From: an uncultured candidate division Zixibacteria bacterium
GTDB taxonomy: Bacteria; Zixibacteria; MSB-5A5; GN15; FEB-12
Assembly (NCBI GenBank): GCA_963806185.1
Contig: CAWDXE010000007.1
Location: 832,001 to 896,000 of the forward strand
Direction: 5' to 3'
DNA length: 64,000 nt
A program made the position numbers and the translations under genes. Numbering within the stretch: the first letter of the stretch is position 1; the number at the start of each line of letters is the position of its first letter. Shown here in pieces: positions 1-10,154 of this stretch. A model generated the notes under the pieces. It was not told the DNA's origin. It did no database searches and was given only the letters and a program-made list of their open reading frames with translations.

Positions 1-1
1 C

Positions 2-376
2 TTTCACCGCAAGACAAGCGCCCTCTCCCGCATTCCGATTGCCGTGCTCATAGGCTCCGGCGCGGGGGTAGCCATCCCCGCCATGCTCGAGGCGCGCACG
101 CTCAAACAACTCTCCGACACCGTCATGCCGCTTTTCACCGGCGGCGGCTTCAACTTCTCCGGCCTTGTGGTCATGGTCGGCGTTGTCACAACCATCTCAT
201 ATTTCTACTTCAGCCGGGAACATGTCGGCTGGCTCGGTCGGTCGGCCAAAACGGGTACCTTCTTCCTGATGATCTTCTTCGGCACTACCTTCGGCTACAC
301 CGTCATGTCGCGCATGTCGACCTTCATCGGCCGCGTTGAGTTCCTGCTGTCTGACTTCCTGAGGCTGACCCGATGA
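2..376 (+). CDS. Membrane protein of unknown function, 5'-truncated by the window edge
   Basis: Frame is open from position 2 (FHRKTSALSRIPIAVLIG...). Has about 3 hydrophobic segments. Its stop overlaps the next ATG (ATGA). Confidence 0.75.
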   Translation, partial: FHRKTSALSRIPIAVLIGSGAGVAIPAMLEARTLKQLSDTVMPLFTGGGFNFSGLVVMVGVVTTISYFYFSREHVGWLGRSAKTGTFFLMIFFGTTFGYTVMSRMSTFIGRVEFLLSDFLRLTR

Positions 377-510
377 CCTGCCCCCGCTGCAAATCGGCCA
401 TGATCGAACAAAAGCGGACCTTTCATAAACAACGCAAATGGATCTGCCCCAAATGTGGCAGAACCCGCTTTCAGCAGCTCAGGAAGCCGACTCCAAAACG
501 ATCAAATTGA
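373..510 (+). CDS. 45-aa zinc-ribbon microprotein (not in the ORF track)
   Basis: Translated by hand: MTCPRCKSAMIEQKRTFHKQRKWICPKCGRTRFQQLRKPTPKRSN. Two CxxC motifs; ATGA coupling to the upstream gene. Confidence 0.7.
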   Translation: MTCPRCKSAMIEQKRTFHKQRKWICPKCGRTRFQQLRKPTPKRSN

Positions 511-581
511 TGTAACTGTTACCGGCATCGCACGTATATATTGCAACCGGCCGAGCCGCCCTTTGCTTACCGGCCTGAACA

Positions 582-1364
582 ATGGACCAGAAACAAAACG
601 TTCGCATCGGAACCTCCGGCTTCTCCTTTGAGGACTGGCGCGGTAACTTTTACCCCGCCGGCATCGAGAAGGGGAAGATGCTCGATCATTACGTGCACTT
701 CTTTACCACGGTCGAGATCAACTCGACCTACTACCGCATTCCACATCCCAAAGTGATGGCCAACATGGCCGCCAAAGCGCCGGCCGGATTCGACTTCATG
801 GTCAAGGTTCCGCAATCATTCACTCACCGCCGCACTGACCTCGATACCGATCGCGCACACTTTCACGAAGCAATCAAGCCGCTCGCCGAAACCGGCCGCA
901 TCTCCGGCTTGCTCGCTCAATTCCCCTATTCGTTCAAGTTCACGCCCGACAACTTGGATTATCTCACGATCTGTCGCGATGCGGTAGCCCCGCACTCGCT
1001 GTTTGTCGAATTCCGCCACGACGGGTGGGTCAATCGCACCATGTACGACCGCCTTCGCTCCGACGGCATCGGGTACGTTTGCGTGGACGAACCGCCGCTC
1101 CCCGGCCTCCTCAAGCCCGACCTCTTTGCCACCACCGAAATAGCTTACCTCCGCTTGCACGGCCGCAACACGGAGCACTGGTGGGAGGGGGGCGATAAAC
1201 GATACGATTACTTGTATTCCGAATCCGAGCTCTCCGAATGGCGCGACAAAGTGAATAAGATCGCGGCCAAGGTGAAACAGGCCTACGTCTACTTCAATAA
1301 CTGTTACGAGGGGCAAGCCGTCCGCAATGCCACCGAATTCATGCAGCTTCTCAAGACCCAATAG
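582..1364 (+). CDS. DUF72 (YecE-like) protein
   Basis: Motifs IGTSGFS, VEINSTYY, VEFRH, YLRLHGRN, YDYLYS, VYFNN. Confidence 0.92.
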   Translation: MDQKQNVRIGTSGFSFEDWRGNFYPAGIEKGKMLDHYVHFFTTVEINSTYYRIPHPKVMANMAAKAPAGFDFMVKVPQSFTHRRTDLDTDRAHFHEAIKPLAETGRISGLLAQFPYSFKFTPDNLDYLTICRDAVAPHSLFVEFRHDGWVNRTMYDRLRSDGIGYVCVDEPPLPGLLKPDLFATTEIAYLRLHGRNTEHWWEGGDKRYDYLYSESELSEWRDKVNKIAAKVKQAYVYFNNCYEGQAVRNATEFMQLLKTQ

Positions 1365-1418
1365 TCACGTTGAAAAGTGAGCAGAATGTTCCACATAACC
1401 AGCGAGGGTAAGTAGGGT

Positions 1419-2354
1419 ATGTTACTCGAACTTCAGAATATCCGGAAACAGTTCGACGATAAAGTCGCCGTTGCAGGACTGTCGCTCGGCGTGCCAAAAG
1501 GTGCCATCTACGGCATCATCGGACCCAACGGCGCGGGGAAAACCACCTCGATCCGCATGATTATGAATATCACCGCTCCCGACTCCGGTTCGATTCTCTT
1601 CGAGGGAAACCAAATCGACGAGCATTTCAAGAATCGGGTCGGGTACTTGCCCGAAGAGCGCGGCCTGTACAAAAAAATGACGCTCGAAGAGGTCATCGTG
1701 TATATGGCCGAACTCAAAGGCTTTCCGAAAAGCCGCACCATGCCCAAAATTGACCCATGGCTCGAACGCATGGGTTTGAAAGACTACCGGCTCAAGAAAG
1801 TTGAGGAACTCTCCAAGGGTATGGCTCAGAAACTGCAGTTCATTACCACCGTCCTGCACGAGCCCGAAATCGTCATTCTCGACGAACTCTTTTCCGGCCT
1901 CGATCCACTCAATATGGAATTGATGAAAGGCGTCCTGCTTGACCTCAAGAGGGAAGGGAAGACCATCCTCTTTTCCACCCATGTCATGGAGCAGGCCGAA
2001 AAACTGTGTGACTATGTCTGCATGATCTCAAAGGGACAGAAGGTCCTCGACGGCCGCTTGAGCGACGTCAAAGCCCAGTTTGGCAAGAACGCAGTTCAGG
2101 TCGAGTTCGAGGGCGACGGCGCCTTCCTGAATGCGCTCCCAAGCGTGCAAAACGTAACCGCCTTCAATAACTACTATGAACTCCGCCTCAAGCCGGGTGC
2201 GGACGCCAAGGCATTGCTCAAAACGATGGTGGAGCGCGTTGCTATCAGCCGCTTCCAGATCGTCGAACCGTCTCTCTACGACATTTTCATCGAGGTCGCC
2301 AAGGTCGATCCGTCCGAAGTTCACCAGTCCGCACAGGGGGTGTCGCATGTCTAA
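1419..2354 (+). CDS. ABC-2 transporter ATP-binding protein (NatA/YhaQ-like)
   Basis: Walker A GPNGAGKTT, GYLPEERGLY, signature LSKGM, Walker B ILDE. Confidence 0.93.
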   Translation: MLLELQNIRKQFDDKVAVAGLSLGVPKGAIYGIIGPNGAGKTTSIRMIMNITAPDSGSILFEGNQIDEHFKNRVGYLPEERGLYKKMTLEEVIVYMAELKGFPKSRTMPKIDPWLERMGLKDYRLKKVEELSKGMAQKLQFITTVLHEPEIVILDELFSGLDPLNMELMKGVLLDLKREGKTILFSTHVMEQAEKLCDYVCMISKGQKVLDGRLSDVKAQFGKNAVQVEFEGDGAFLNALPSVQNVTAFNNYYELRLKPGADAKALLKTMVERVAISRFQIVEPSLYDIFIEVAKVDPSEVHQSAQGVSHV

Positions 2355-3678
2355 GTTCTGGGTAATCTTTAAGCGCGAATATGCGCAGGTCGTCAAGAAG
2401 AAATCGTTCATTTTCGGTATCCTCCTCACGCCGGCGCTGATGGCCGTATTCACCATCCTGCCCAGCTGGCTGGCGACTCAGAAGGCGACCGAATCGATCA
2501 AGCTGGCCGTTATCGACCTGAGTCAGTCCGGCGCCGGTCAGAAATTCAGTTCGTCGCTCGCCGAGTACGAATTGGAAAAAGACGGCAAAAAGACCGGCGT
2601 TCCGTATTACCTCATCACCAATGTCTTTACGTTGCCCGGCAGCTCCGACAGCCGCTACCAGGTCGTTTACGATTCGTTGGCCGAGCTCGTGACCAGCAAG
2701 GAACTGAGCTACTTCCTGGTGATCAAACCCGGCTACATTGAGAATCCTAAGGACAGCCTCTTCCTGGTGACCAACGCCACTGAATTCATCACGCAGAGTC
2801 GGTTTGAAAACAAGATGTCCAATATCATCTCCACCGACCGGCTTCAGGCCTCCAGCATCAATCTCCCGGTTGACTCGGTACTGAAACTGACAAGGGGGAT
2901 TGATCTCACCACCCGCGATACTCGCGGCGAGTCGGTGCCGTTCTTCGTCAAGTACATCGCGGCTATCGTTTTCGTTATGTTGATCTACATCATGATCCTG
3001 ACCTACGGTCAGACTGTCATGCGCTCTGTCATTGAGGAAAAAACTTCCCGAATAATGGAAGTTCTGGTTTCCTCCGTCTCGCCTTTCCAACTGATGCTCG
3101 GCAAGATCCTTGGCCTCGGGGCGGCCGCCTTTACGACCGTGGCTATCTGGATTCTCCTCGGCGGTGTCGCCTTTGCCGTCAGCGGAGCCATGGCCCTGAA
3201 GCTTGACCCAGGGACAGTGAAAGTACTGCTCAACCCCATGGTGGTGATATTCTTCGCTCTTTTCCTGACTGTCGGCTATATCCTCTATTCAACTCTCTTC
3301 GCTCTGGTTGGTTCAATTGTGAACAGCGACAAAGAAGCGCAGAATTTCATCTTTCCGATCGTCATGTGCCTGATCCTGCCCATGATCCTCGGCATGTCCG
3401 TTATCCAGGATCCTAATTCGACTCTCGCCCGGACCCTCTCATTGATTCCCTTCTTTGCGCCGACAATGATGATGATGCGAATTGTTTTTGTTGCGCCGAC
3501 CGTGACTTCGTATTCATTCTTCTCAGGGATTCTGGCGGAATCGACCCTGTCGTTTCTCCTGGTCACCCTGACGACGGTCGGAATGGTCTGGCTGAGCGCG
3601 CGTATTTTCCGCGTCGGGATCCTGATGTACGGCAAGCGTCCGACTCTGCCGGAGCTTGTCAAATGGATAAAATATTAG
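2347..3678 (+). CDS. ABC-2 transporter permease (NatB/YhaP-like)
   Basis: Start taken at MSKFW, overlapping the ATPase stop. Motifs VIEEKTSRIMEVL and IFRVGILMYGKRP; multiple TM segments. Confidence 0.92.
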   Translation: MSKFWVIFKREYAQVVKKKSFIFGILLTPALMAVFTILPSWLATQKATESIKLAVIDLSQSGAGQKFSSSLAEYELEKDGKKTGVPYYLITNVFTLPGSSDSRYQVVYDSLAELVTSKELSYFLVIKPGYIENPKDSLFLVTNATEFITQSRFENKMSNIISTDRLQASSINLPVDSVLKLTRGIDLTTRDTRGESVPFFVKYIAAIVFVMLIYIMILTYGQTVMRSVIEEKTSRIMEVLVSSVSPFQLMLGKILGLGAAAFTTVAIWILLGGVAFAVSGAMALKLDPGTVKVLLNPMVVIFFALFLTVGYILYSTLFALVGSIVNSDKEAQNFIFPIVMCLILPMILGMSVIQDPNSTLARTLSLIPFFAPTMMMMRIVFVAPTVTSYSFFSGILAESTLSFLLVTLTTVGMVWLSARIFRVGILMYGKRPTLPELVKWIKY

Positions 3679-3696
3679 TGACGGAATGATCGACGC

Positions 3697-4626
3697 ATGA
3701 AGTTTAAGGCGCACCTGATGAAAATCGGACTTGTCACGGCCACCGTGCTGGCTGTGGGCGTTGGGACGATGTCCCTCCTGGAAGGTTCGGAATCGATTGT
3801 CCAGGCCTCTGTTGGACCGAAACCAGCTTATGACTTGGCCTACGACAAGTGCATTACCAAGGGCTTGAAAATCAACCTCGCCTCCGCCGTTCTGGTGGAT
3901 TATGAATCGGGCGAGGTTCTCTATGCCAAGAACCCCGACTCGATCAGACCCATCGCCTCAATCAGCAAACTGGTGGCTGCCATGGTCATAATCGACAAGG
4001 GCCTGGACATGTCTATGACCCAGACCATTTCGCGCGAGGATGCTTTCCACTCGTCCAAATCGAGACTCGCGGTCGGCTACAAATTGACCTTGAAAGACCT
4101 GCTCTATGCCGGTCTCTTGGTATCCGATAACCGGGCCATCCGAGCTCTGGCACGGGCCGTCTCGGGCGACTATGATTCCTTTGCCGCTGAAATGAACGCC
4201 AAGGTCAAAGCACTCGGTCTGCAGAATACGCAGTTCTATGATCCGACCGGACTCGACGCTCGCAATGTATCAACTGCCCACGAGGTCGCGTTAATCATCT
4301 ACCACTCTTCCAAGTACAAGACGATCACGGATATTACATCCCTCTCGAGCTACCCAGCCAGGATTTTGAATCGCAAACGGACCTTCCGCATCCTTCGGAA
4401 CACCAATGATCTGGTTAAGTCAAAACAGTACGACGTACTGGCGGGAAAGACCGGCTACATTCGAGCCTCGGCCTATTGTTTGGCCACACTCGTAGCCAAT
4501 AATAGGGGCGACAAGCTGACGTTGGTAGTTCTCGGCGCGCCGGGGGAGAAGCTCCGCTTTCGCGAGGCTCGCAAGATGGCCGACTGGGGCTTCAAACAGC
4601 TCAAGACGCTGTCGACGCGCGGCTGA
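3697..4626 (+). CDS. D-alanyl-D-alanine endo/carboxypeptidase, peptidase S11 (PbpG-like)
   Basis: SxxK (ASISK), SxN (SDN) and KTG motifs; N-terminal signal or anchor. Confidence 0.9.
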   Translation: MKFKAHLMKIGLVTATVLAVGVGTMSLLEGSESIVQASVGPKPAYDLAYDKCITKGLKINLASAVLVDYESGEVLYAKNPDSIRPIASISKLVAAMVIIDKGLDMSMTQTISREDAFHSSKSRLAVGYKLTLKDLLYAGLLVSDNRAIRALARAVSGDYDSFAAEMNAKVKALGLQNTQFYDPTGLDARNVSTAHEVALIIYHSSKYKTITDITSLSSYPARILNRKRTFRILRNTNDLVKSKQYDVLAGKTGYIRASAYCLATLVANNRGDKLTLVVLGAPGEKLRFREARKMADWGFKQLKTLSTRG

Positions 4627-4650
4627 CGGCAGTCACAAATTTCCCTGTGT

Positions 4651-4690
4651 AAACGGGTCGTCGTGGGCTTAACACGGCGCCCCGTTTTTT
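4651..4690 (+). terminator. Probable intrinsic terminator
   Basis: aaacggg...cccgtttttt hairpin with T-tract after the S11 peptidase gene. Confidence 0.6.
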
Positions 4691-4703
4691 CTTTTCCCTC
4701 CAT

Positions 4704-4853
4704 GTCACCCCGGCGAGACCGGGGGCCCATTCCTGCATTCGCACACCGAACGCCCATCCATGAGTCATTGCGAGACTCGCTTCTTAGCGAGGCGTGGCAA
4801 TCCTTCAGTTCGTGGGGTATTCCGCAGGCTGGCGTACGTCCCGTGCGCCAGCC
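4704..4853. repeat. Cluster of three palindromic REP-like elements
   Basis: gtcaccccgg..ccggggg (4704), gtcattgcgag..gtggcaatc (4764-4802) and ggctggcgtac..gcgccagcc (4827-4853). Each recurs elsewhere in the window. Confidence 0.75.
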
Positions 4854-5064
4854 AACCATCGGGCGAACTCATCTGCCCATTCATGAAGAGCTTTGCCTGT
4901 CTGAATTACTCGTCCGGCTTGTTGAAAAATCTGAAATGCGAGTACAACCTACGAGCGGAAACTCCTGGTATCACGCGTTTATAATGGATACTTGCCCCCA
5001 GTCATTTCGCTTGACATGTGATTGGAGTCTTCAATACTTTTGACGACATCAGTCACGCTGATGA

Positions 5065-6194
5065 TTGCGAGTCAATATGATAGCTTCAGCACACAACGGA
5101 ATCCACCGACTTTCCCGATTGCTAATCTCGGAGGTTCTCCATTTCTGCAGATTCATCCTTGCCAGAAGATCAACGGCGATTTGGACAGTTATCCTAATAG
5201 CCTCGTCGGTACTCATGGTTTCTTGTGATGACAAGGGCACTGATCCTGTCTATAAACCAAGAGACTATCCGATTTATTTCTGGGATGCAACGGGGAGCGG
5301 CCGTTTCTTCTCGTATCATCCTACCGATAAGTCGATTGACACTTTCTCGCTTTCATTGCCCGTGCCTTACGGCATGAGCGTTTCCGCCGATGGCTCACGG
5401 CTGTATATTCCGTGTGCGATTGGGTGCATCGTCGCCGATGCCCGTTTCGCACGAGATCATCGATACGCTCAATATTCCTGGTGCCGTGGCCGAGTCCCCG
5501 GACGGCAAACTGGCCGCGCTGGTCACTGACAGTCTGATCATTTTCCGGCGGTGCGATTCGAGCCGAGTACTCACGTTACCTGATGGATCGTCCGCCGGGA
5601 TGTTCACCAAAGACTCCAAACACTTCTTAACTACGGGTGCAGGTCCAGTTGATCGCTATGTGATTTGTGCGACGCTGTCGGGCAATGTCGGTGCCGTAAG
5701 GAAGACTTTCGATAGCTGCAGCGTATTCGCAGTAGGTGGTAACTCCGACGCCACGCGATGGTTTCTTTACGTCGTCTATGATTTGTGGGTGTGTGGATTT
5801 CTTGTATACGATGTTCGAACTGACAGCATCATTTACCGACACACGCTCATCCCGGGCTCGGGATTCATCGCAGTGACTAACAACTATGTGGTGTACACCA
5901 ATGGCGGGTCGATAATGGTCGGTCCGCCCCCACCGTCGGAATTCTATATTTATGACATCAAGGCAAATGCCCTGGCGGCGACCGTTTCCACGGTCGGCGC
6001 GAAGGTGGGACGAATCCAATTGTTCTGCCACCAGCGAGGTAGCGGTGACTCCGGACGGCAAAGACATCCTTCAATTGCAGGCCGCGTGGGGCGCACGCTG
6101 TCGCACTACAGTCTGAGTCAGATGAGATGCTCAACTATATCGAGATGGAGGAGATACAAGAGCCCGGGACTTGGGCTGTCAGTCCGGCAGGTGA
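5065..6194 (+). CDS. Putative lipoprotein with YVTN/YncE-like beta-propeller, split by frameshifts
   Basis: Lipobox-like VLMVS-C-DDKGT. Propeller blades SADGSRLY, SPDGKLA and TPDGK lie in three different frames. Both ends approximate. Confidence 0.6.
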
Positions 6195-6352
6195 AAGAGC
6201 AATACAACTTGGGAACCAGGCTTGCCCGTCGGGCAAACTCATCTTCCGTTTGACAGGAGTTTTGCCATCTTGTCTCGCCCACGTCCTGAGCGCCGAAGGG
6301 CAACGACAAATTTCACACCCATAAAGACAAAAGGCCCGCCTTCGCGAGCCTC

Positions 6353-8632
6353 TCACCCCACCGTCACCGCCAGCATGTACTCCAGCAGCTTCTTTACCCC
6401 CTCTTTGCCCCCCTCGCCAACCTCCAGCGGCGGCCCGATGCAGGTCGGACACCCGCCCGCACACGGGCAGTTGCGAACATGCTCCAGACATGCTTCAAAC
6501 AACTTCTCCGCCTCGATAAACAGCTTCTCCGACAACCCCACTCCGCCGGGAATATTCTCATACACATAGATCGTCGGCAACTCCGTAAACGGCGCCCGCA
6601 CCTGCGAAATCGACCGCAAGTCGCGCGGATCGCACATCACCCAGAGCGGCGCGATCGTGCCGATCACATTCGCCAGTCCGCGCAATGCTCCGCCGAACAC
6701 GCTTCCCTGAAGGTTCAGCTTGGCGGCAATATCTCCCGGAAACGCATACCAGAACGCATGAGTGTGCATCTCCAGTTCGGGCAGCGTCAGTTGCCCCGAG
6801 CCGACATTCTCATGCGTCTCAAACTTGATCTTCTTGAACAGCACCGTCACACACGTCACCGAAACTTCGCCGCAGCAGGCGTGAGCGTTATCGAGCGTCT
6901 GCGTCTGCTGATTGAGCGCCAGCACCTTCAGGTCGGATTTCGTCTCGGCGTCGGTGTAGTAATCAACCGACACCTCTTTGACGTACGCTTTCTTTCCCTC
7001 CCAATCCAGATTCGTCACCTGATACTGGTTGGCCCCGTGAAGGTAGATTGCCTCGGGATGCAGAAAGATCGGCGCCGAGAAATAGTCGACCTCGCCGATC
7101 ACCTCGGACTGTCTCGATTCATTGAGTATGACAAAATTATCCGGCGACGCCGACCTGAGCGACACCTGCTGCGCCGGGTAGATCTCGCTCGACCAGTGAT
7201 ACCGTCCTCCCGAATTGCGCAGGATCCGTTCGTCCGCCAGGTAACCCAGGATGCCGGCCGTATTGGCGTCCGAACCATACTCATCCTGGTCAAACGGTAG
7301 TTCAAACACCGCACACTTCAGATGATTCGTCTTGATGATCAGGTTATCCGGATCGATAATTCCCGACTCCGGCGTACGGTCAAACAGATATTTCGGCTCC
7401 GCCACCAGAAACTGATTGATCGCCGTCGAATTGGCCACCAGCACCGTCACCGCCGTTCCCGACCGCCGCCCGGCTCGTCCGGCCTGCTGCCAGAGTGACG
7501 CTATCGAGCCGGGGTACCCCACAATGATCGACACATCGAGCGACCCGATATCTATCCCCAGCTCGAGCGCATTGGTCGACACCACTCCGGTAATCTCGCC
7601 GTTGCGCAGTCCCTGCTCGATCCGCCGCCGTTCATTGGGCAAATACCCACCACGATACCCCGCCACCGAAATCCCCTGCCCGAAGTCACCTTTGAGTTCG
7701 CGCTGGAGATAGGTGAGCAGCACCTCGACATATAACCGGTAATGCGCAAAGACAATCGTCTGAATTTTGTTGCGCAGGAACATCGCCGCCACGCGAGCCG
7801 CCTCGGTCACCGATGATTTCCTGATTCCCAACTGCTTGTTCAAGACCGGCGGATTGTACACGATGACATGCTTCTCGCCCGACGGTGCGCCGTTGTTGTC
7901 GATCAACCTGACCGGCCGTTGGATAATCCTCTGGGCCAGATCATCAGGATTGGCAATCGTCGCCGAACAACAGATGAACGTCGGATTCGAGCCATAAAAT
8001 CTACAGATCCGCTGCAGCCGCTTGATGACGTTCGCCAGATGCGATCCGAACACACCCCGGTAGTGATGAATCTCGTCGATCACCACATACTGCAGATTCT
8101 CGAACAGCTTGATCCACTTGGTATGATGGGGAAGAATCCCCGCATGCAGCATGTCCGGATTGGTAACGACGATGTGTCCCGCCGACCGAATCGCCCGCCG
8201 TGCCGTTTGCGGCGTGTCCCCGTCAAACGTGTAGGTTTTGATATCGACATCGAGCCTCTGGATCAGATCATACAGTTCACTCAGTTGGTCCTGGGAAAGC
8301 GCCTTGGTAGGGAAGAGGTACAACGCGCGCGCATTCGGATCTTTGAGAATCCGCTGTAACACGGGAATGGTGAAGCATAGGGTCTTGCCCGAGGCCGTCG
8401 GCGTCACCACCACCAGATCTTCGTTGTTCATCGCCGCTTGCACTGCCTCGGCCTGGTGGCTGTACAACTGCTTGACGCCTCGACGGGCCAACGCGTCGGT
8501 CAGCCGCCGATCAAGCCCGGCCGGAAAATCGGCATACACCGGCTCTCGCGATGGCAGCGTCCGCCATACCGCTATATTCTTCTTGAAATCGGAATCAGTG
8601 CGAAGAACGTCGAGAAGTTGCTCAAGCGTCAT
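6353..8632 (-). CDS. DEAH-box helicase with DUF1998 C-terminus (MrfA/SftH/Hrq1 family)
   Basis: PTASGKT, PTKALSQDQ, DEIH, SAT, TNALELGIDIG, QQAGRAGRR, and C-terminal CPCAGGCPTC. Confidence 0.93.
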   Translation of the reverse strand: MTLEQLLDVLRTDSDFKKNIAVWRTLPSREPVYADFPAGLDRRLTDALARRGVKQLYSHQAEAVQAAMNNEDLVVVTPTASGKTLCFTIPVLQRILKDPNARALYLFPTKALSQDQLSELYDLIQRLDVDIKTYTFDGDTPQTARRAIRSAGHIVVTNPDMLHAGILPHHTKWIKLFENLQYVVIDEIHHYRGVFGSHLANVIKRLQRICRFYGSNPTFICCSATIANPDDLAQRIIQRPVRLIDNNGAPSGEKHVIVYNPPVLNKQLGIRKSSVTEAARVAAMFLRNKIQTIVFAHYRLYVEVLLTYLQRELKGDFGQGISVAGYRGGYLPNERRRIEQGLRNGEITGVVSTNALELGIDIGSLDVSIIVGYPGSIASLWQQAGRAGRRSGTAVTVLVANSTAINQFLVAEPKYLFDRTPESGIIDPDNLIIKTNHLKCAVFELPFDQDEYGSDANTAGILGYLADERILRNSGGRYHWSSEIYPAQQVSLRSASPDNFVILNESRQSEVIGEVDYFSAPIFLHPEAIYLHGANQYQVTNLDWEGKKAYVKEVSVDYYTDAETKSDLKVLALNQQTQTLDNAHACCGEVSVTCVTVLFKKIKFETHENVGSGQLTLPELEMHTHAFWYAFPGDIAAKLNLQGSVFGGALRGLANVIGTIAPLWVMCDPRDLRSISQVRAPFTELPTIYVYENIPGGVGLSEKLFIEAEKLFEACLEHVRNCPCAGGCPTCIGPPLEVGEGGKEGVKKLLEYMLAVTVG

Positions 8633-8644
8633 GACTGGCCTGGG

Positions 8645-9187
8645 TTACACCACACTGGTGAGTTGTCGACGACAGATATCACAGAACTTGTCCGTCTTGG
8701 AATCGATATCAAGCATGATCTGGCTGTAGTAATTCACACACTTCGGATTTCGACATTCGGTCATATCAAACAGGTGCGCCAGCTGGTGAACTACTTCTTT
8801 GAAAAGGCGCGGATATACTTTGCTCTCATCCTCCGGCAGTCCGTAAAACTCCTGCCGAATATGATACAGCGAAATGATCGCCGTCCCCGACAGCCGGTCG
8901 CTGAGACTCATAATGTACGGCTCATCCGGCATATACAGGTCCTCTTCACAGATGGCCACTACCTTCTCGCGGCTGTTCGCCTTCGTCCGTTCGATCTTGG
9001 CCAGGATTACCTGCGCGTAGTGCTGATTGCGGACAACATTGTACGCCTCGGTCGGCATCTTCATCCCCTTGAGAATGTCCACCGACCGATTAAACACCGG
9101 ACCTATATTTGACGCGAGCTTGTTGACCAGCATAAAGTCAACTTCGCCCATGGGAACAACGACAACTTTCGATTTCACTATCGACAC
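8645..9187 (-). CDS. Archaemetzincin (peptidase M54)-like protein with a degenerate active site
   Basis: Family motifs RNQHYA, DLY, RQEFYG, CRNPKCV...FCDIC. The zinc motif reads HQLAHLFDMTEC. Confidence 0.8.
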   Translation of the reverse strand: MSIVKSKVVVVPMGEVDFMLVNKLASNIGPVFNRSVDILKGMKMPTEAYNVVRNQHYAQVILAKIERTKANSREKVVAICEEDLYMPDEPYIMSLSDRLSGTAIISLYHIRQEFYGLPEDESKVYPRLFKEVVHQLAHLFDMTECRNPKCVNYYSQIMLDIDSKTDKFCDICRRQLTSVV

Positions 9188-9205
9188 CTCGTCAGCCCCC
9201 GCGCT

Positions 9206-9397
9206 TCACTCGGCCGTGAAGAATCGCGACGACGAACCGGTAGGCGAGACCTTGACCTCGACCTTGGCAGCACATTTCGGACACCACCCCACAAACGCCG
9301 TACCGGCCGCATTCAGGTATATCCGCGAATAGACCTTGCAGCAAGCGAAACTTACGCCGATAAACGGCCGCTTCGTCGGGGCAGGCTCCTCTTTCAT
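9206..9397 (-). CDS. Small Cys-rich putative metal-binding protein (63 aa)
   Basis: RPFIGVSFACCKVYSRIY...GWCPKCA. RBS ggtgaggga precedes the ATG; lies inside an operon. Confidence 0.75.
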   Translation of the reverse strand: MKEEPAPTKRPFIGVSFACCKVYSRIYLNAAGTAFVGWCPKCAAKVEVKVSPTGSSSRFFTAE

Positions 9398-9473
9398 TCC
9401 CTCACCAATATACGCATTTCGCCCGTCCGGCAAGGTTCAAATTACTCCCCATAATCTGCCTCTTTCGGCACCG

Positions 9474-10148
9474 TCAACCACCTTTGACCGCAAGCAGTTC
9501 CGCCATAATACGGACCGATGCCGAGCTTCCGATTCGGCTCGCACCGGCAAAAATCATTGCCTTTGCTTCCGCCAACGTCCGAATCCCCCCGGCCGCCTTC
9601 ACCTCAATCCGCCCTGCGCTCAAACGCACGAGGCTCTGCACCTGCTCCACCGTCGCCGATCCAAACATACCCGTAGCTGTCTTCGCAAACTGTGCCCCAC
9701 CGGCAACGATACATTCCACTCCGGCCTTCACTTGATCTACAGTCAACTTATTCACTTCCAGGATGACCTTCAGTTTCACCTCCGTGGGGAGATTTCGACG
9801 AACTTTCCGAATTTCTGCAAGCACCGAATCGGTATCTCTACCGACCAGCCAGCCGACATTGACCACCATGTCGATCTCGTCCGCACCATCTTCGGCAGCC
9901 CCCGCCGCTTCGGCAACCTTAATGTCCGTCCGCGTTGCTCCCATGGGGAAACCGGCCACACTCACCACCAGGACCCCGGCCCCTTTCAACTGTTCCTTTG
10001 CCGGTCTCACCCACACCGGATTGACACAAACCCCCGCAAATCCAAACTGCCTCGCCTCCTCGCAGAGACGCGCTATCGCACTCGCGTCCGCCTCTTGCGC
10101 CAATAGCGTGTGCTCAATCCGTCGCGGCAGCTCTGTTTCGCCAATCAA
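9474..10148 (-). CDS. deoC: Deoxyribose-phosphate aldolase
   Basis: IEHTLL, GFPMGA, GADEIDMV, KVILE, KTATG, VKAAGGIRT, GASRIGSS. Confidence 0.95.
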   Translation of the reverse strand: MIGETELPRRIEHTLLAQEADASAIARLCEEARQFGFAGVCVNPVWVRPAKEQLKGAGVLVVSVAGFPMGATRTDIKVAEAAGAAEDGADEIDMVVNVGWLVGRDTDSVLAEIRKVRRNLPTEVKLKVILEVNKLTVDQVKAGVECIVAGGAQFAKTATGMFGSATVEQVQSLVRLSAGRIEVKAAGGIRTLAEAKAMIFAGASRIGSSASVRIMAELLAVKGG

Positions 10149-10154
10149 GCTCGT

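Noticed and set aside
4663..5043. Short ORFs in the repeat-containing spacer (likewise 53652-54231 and 55769-56199)
   Set aside because: They translate palindromic repeats and show no protein-like signature.
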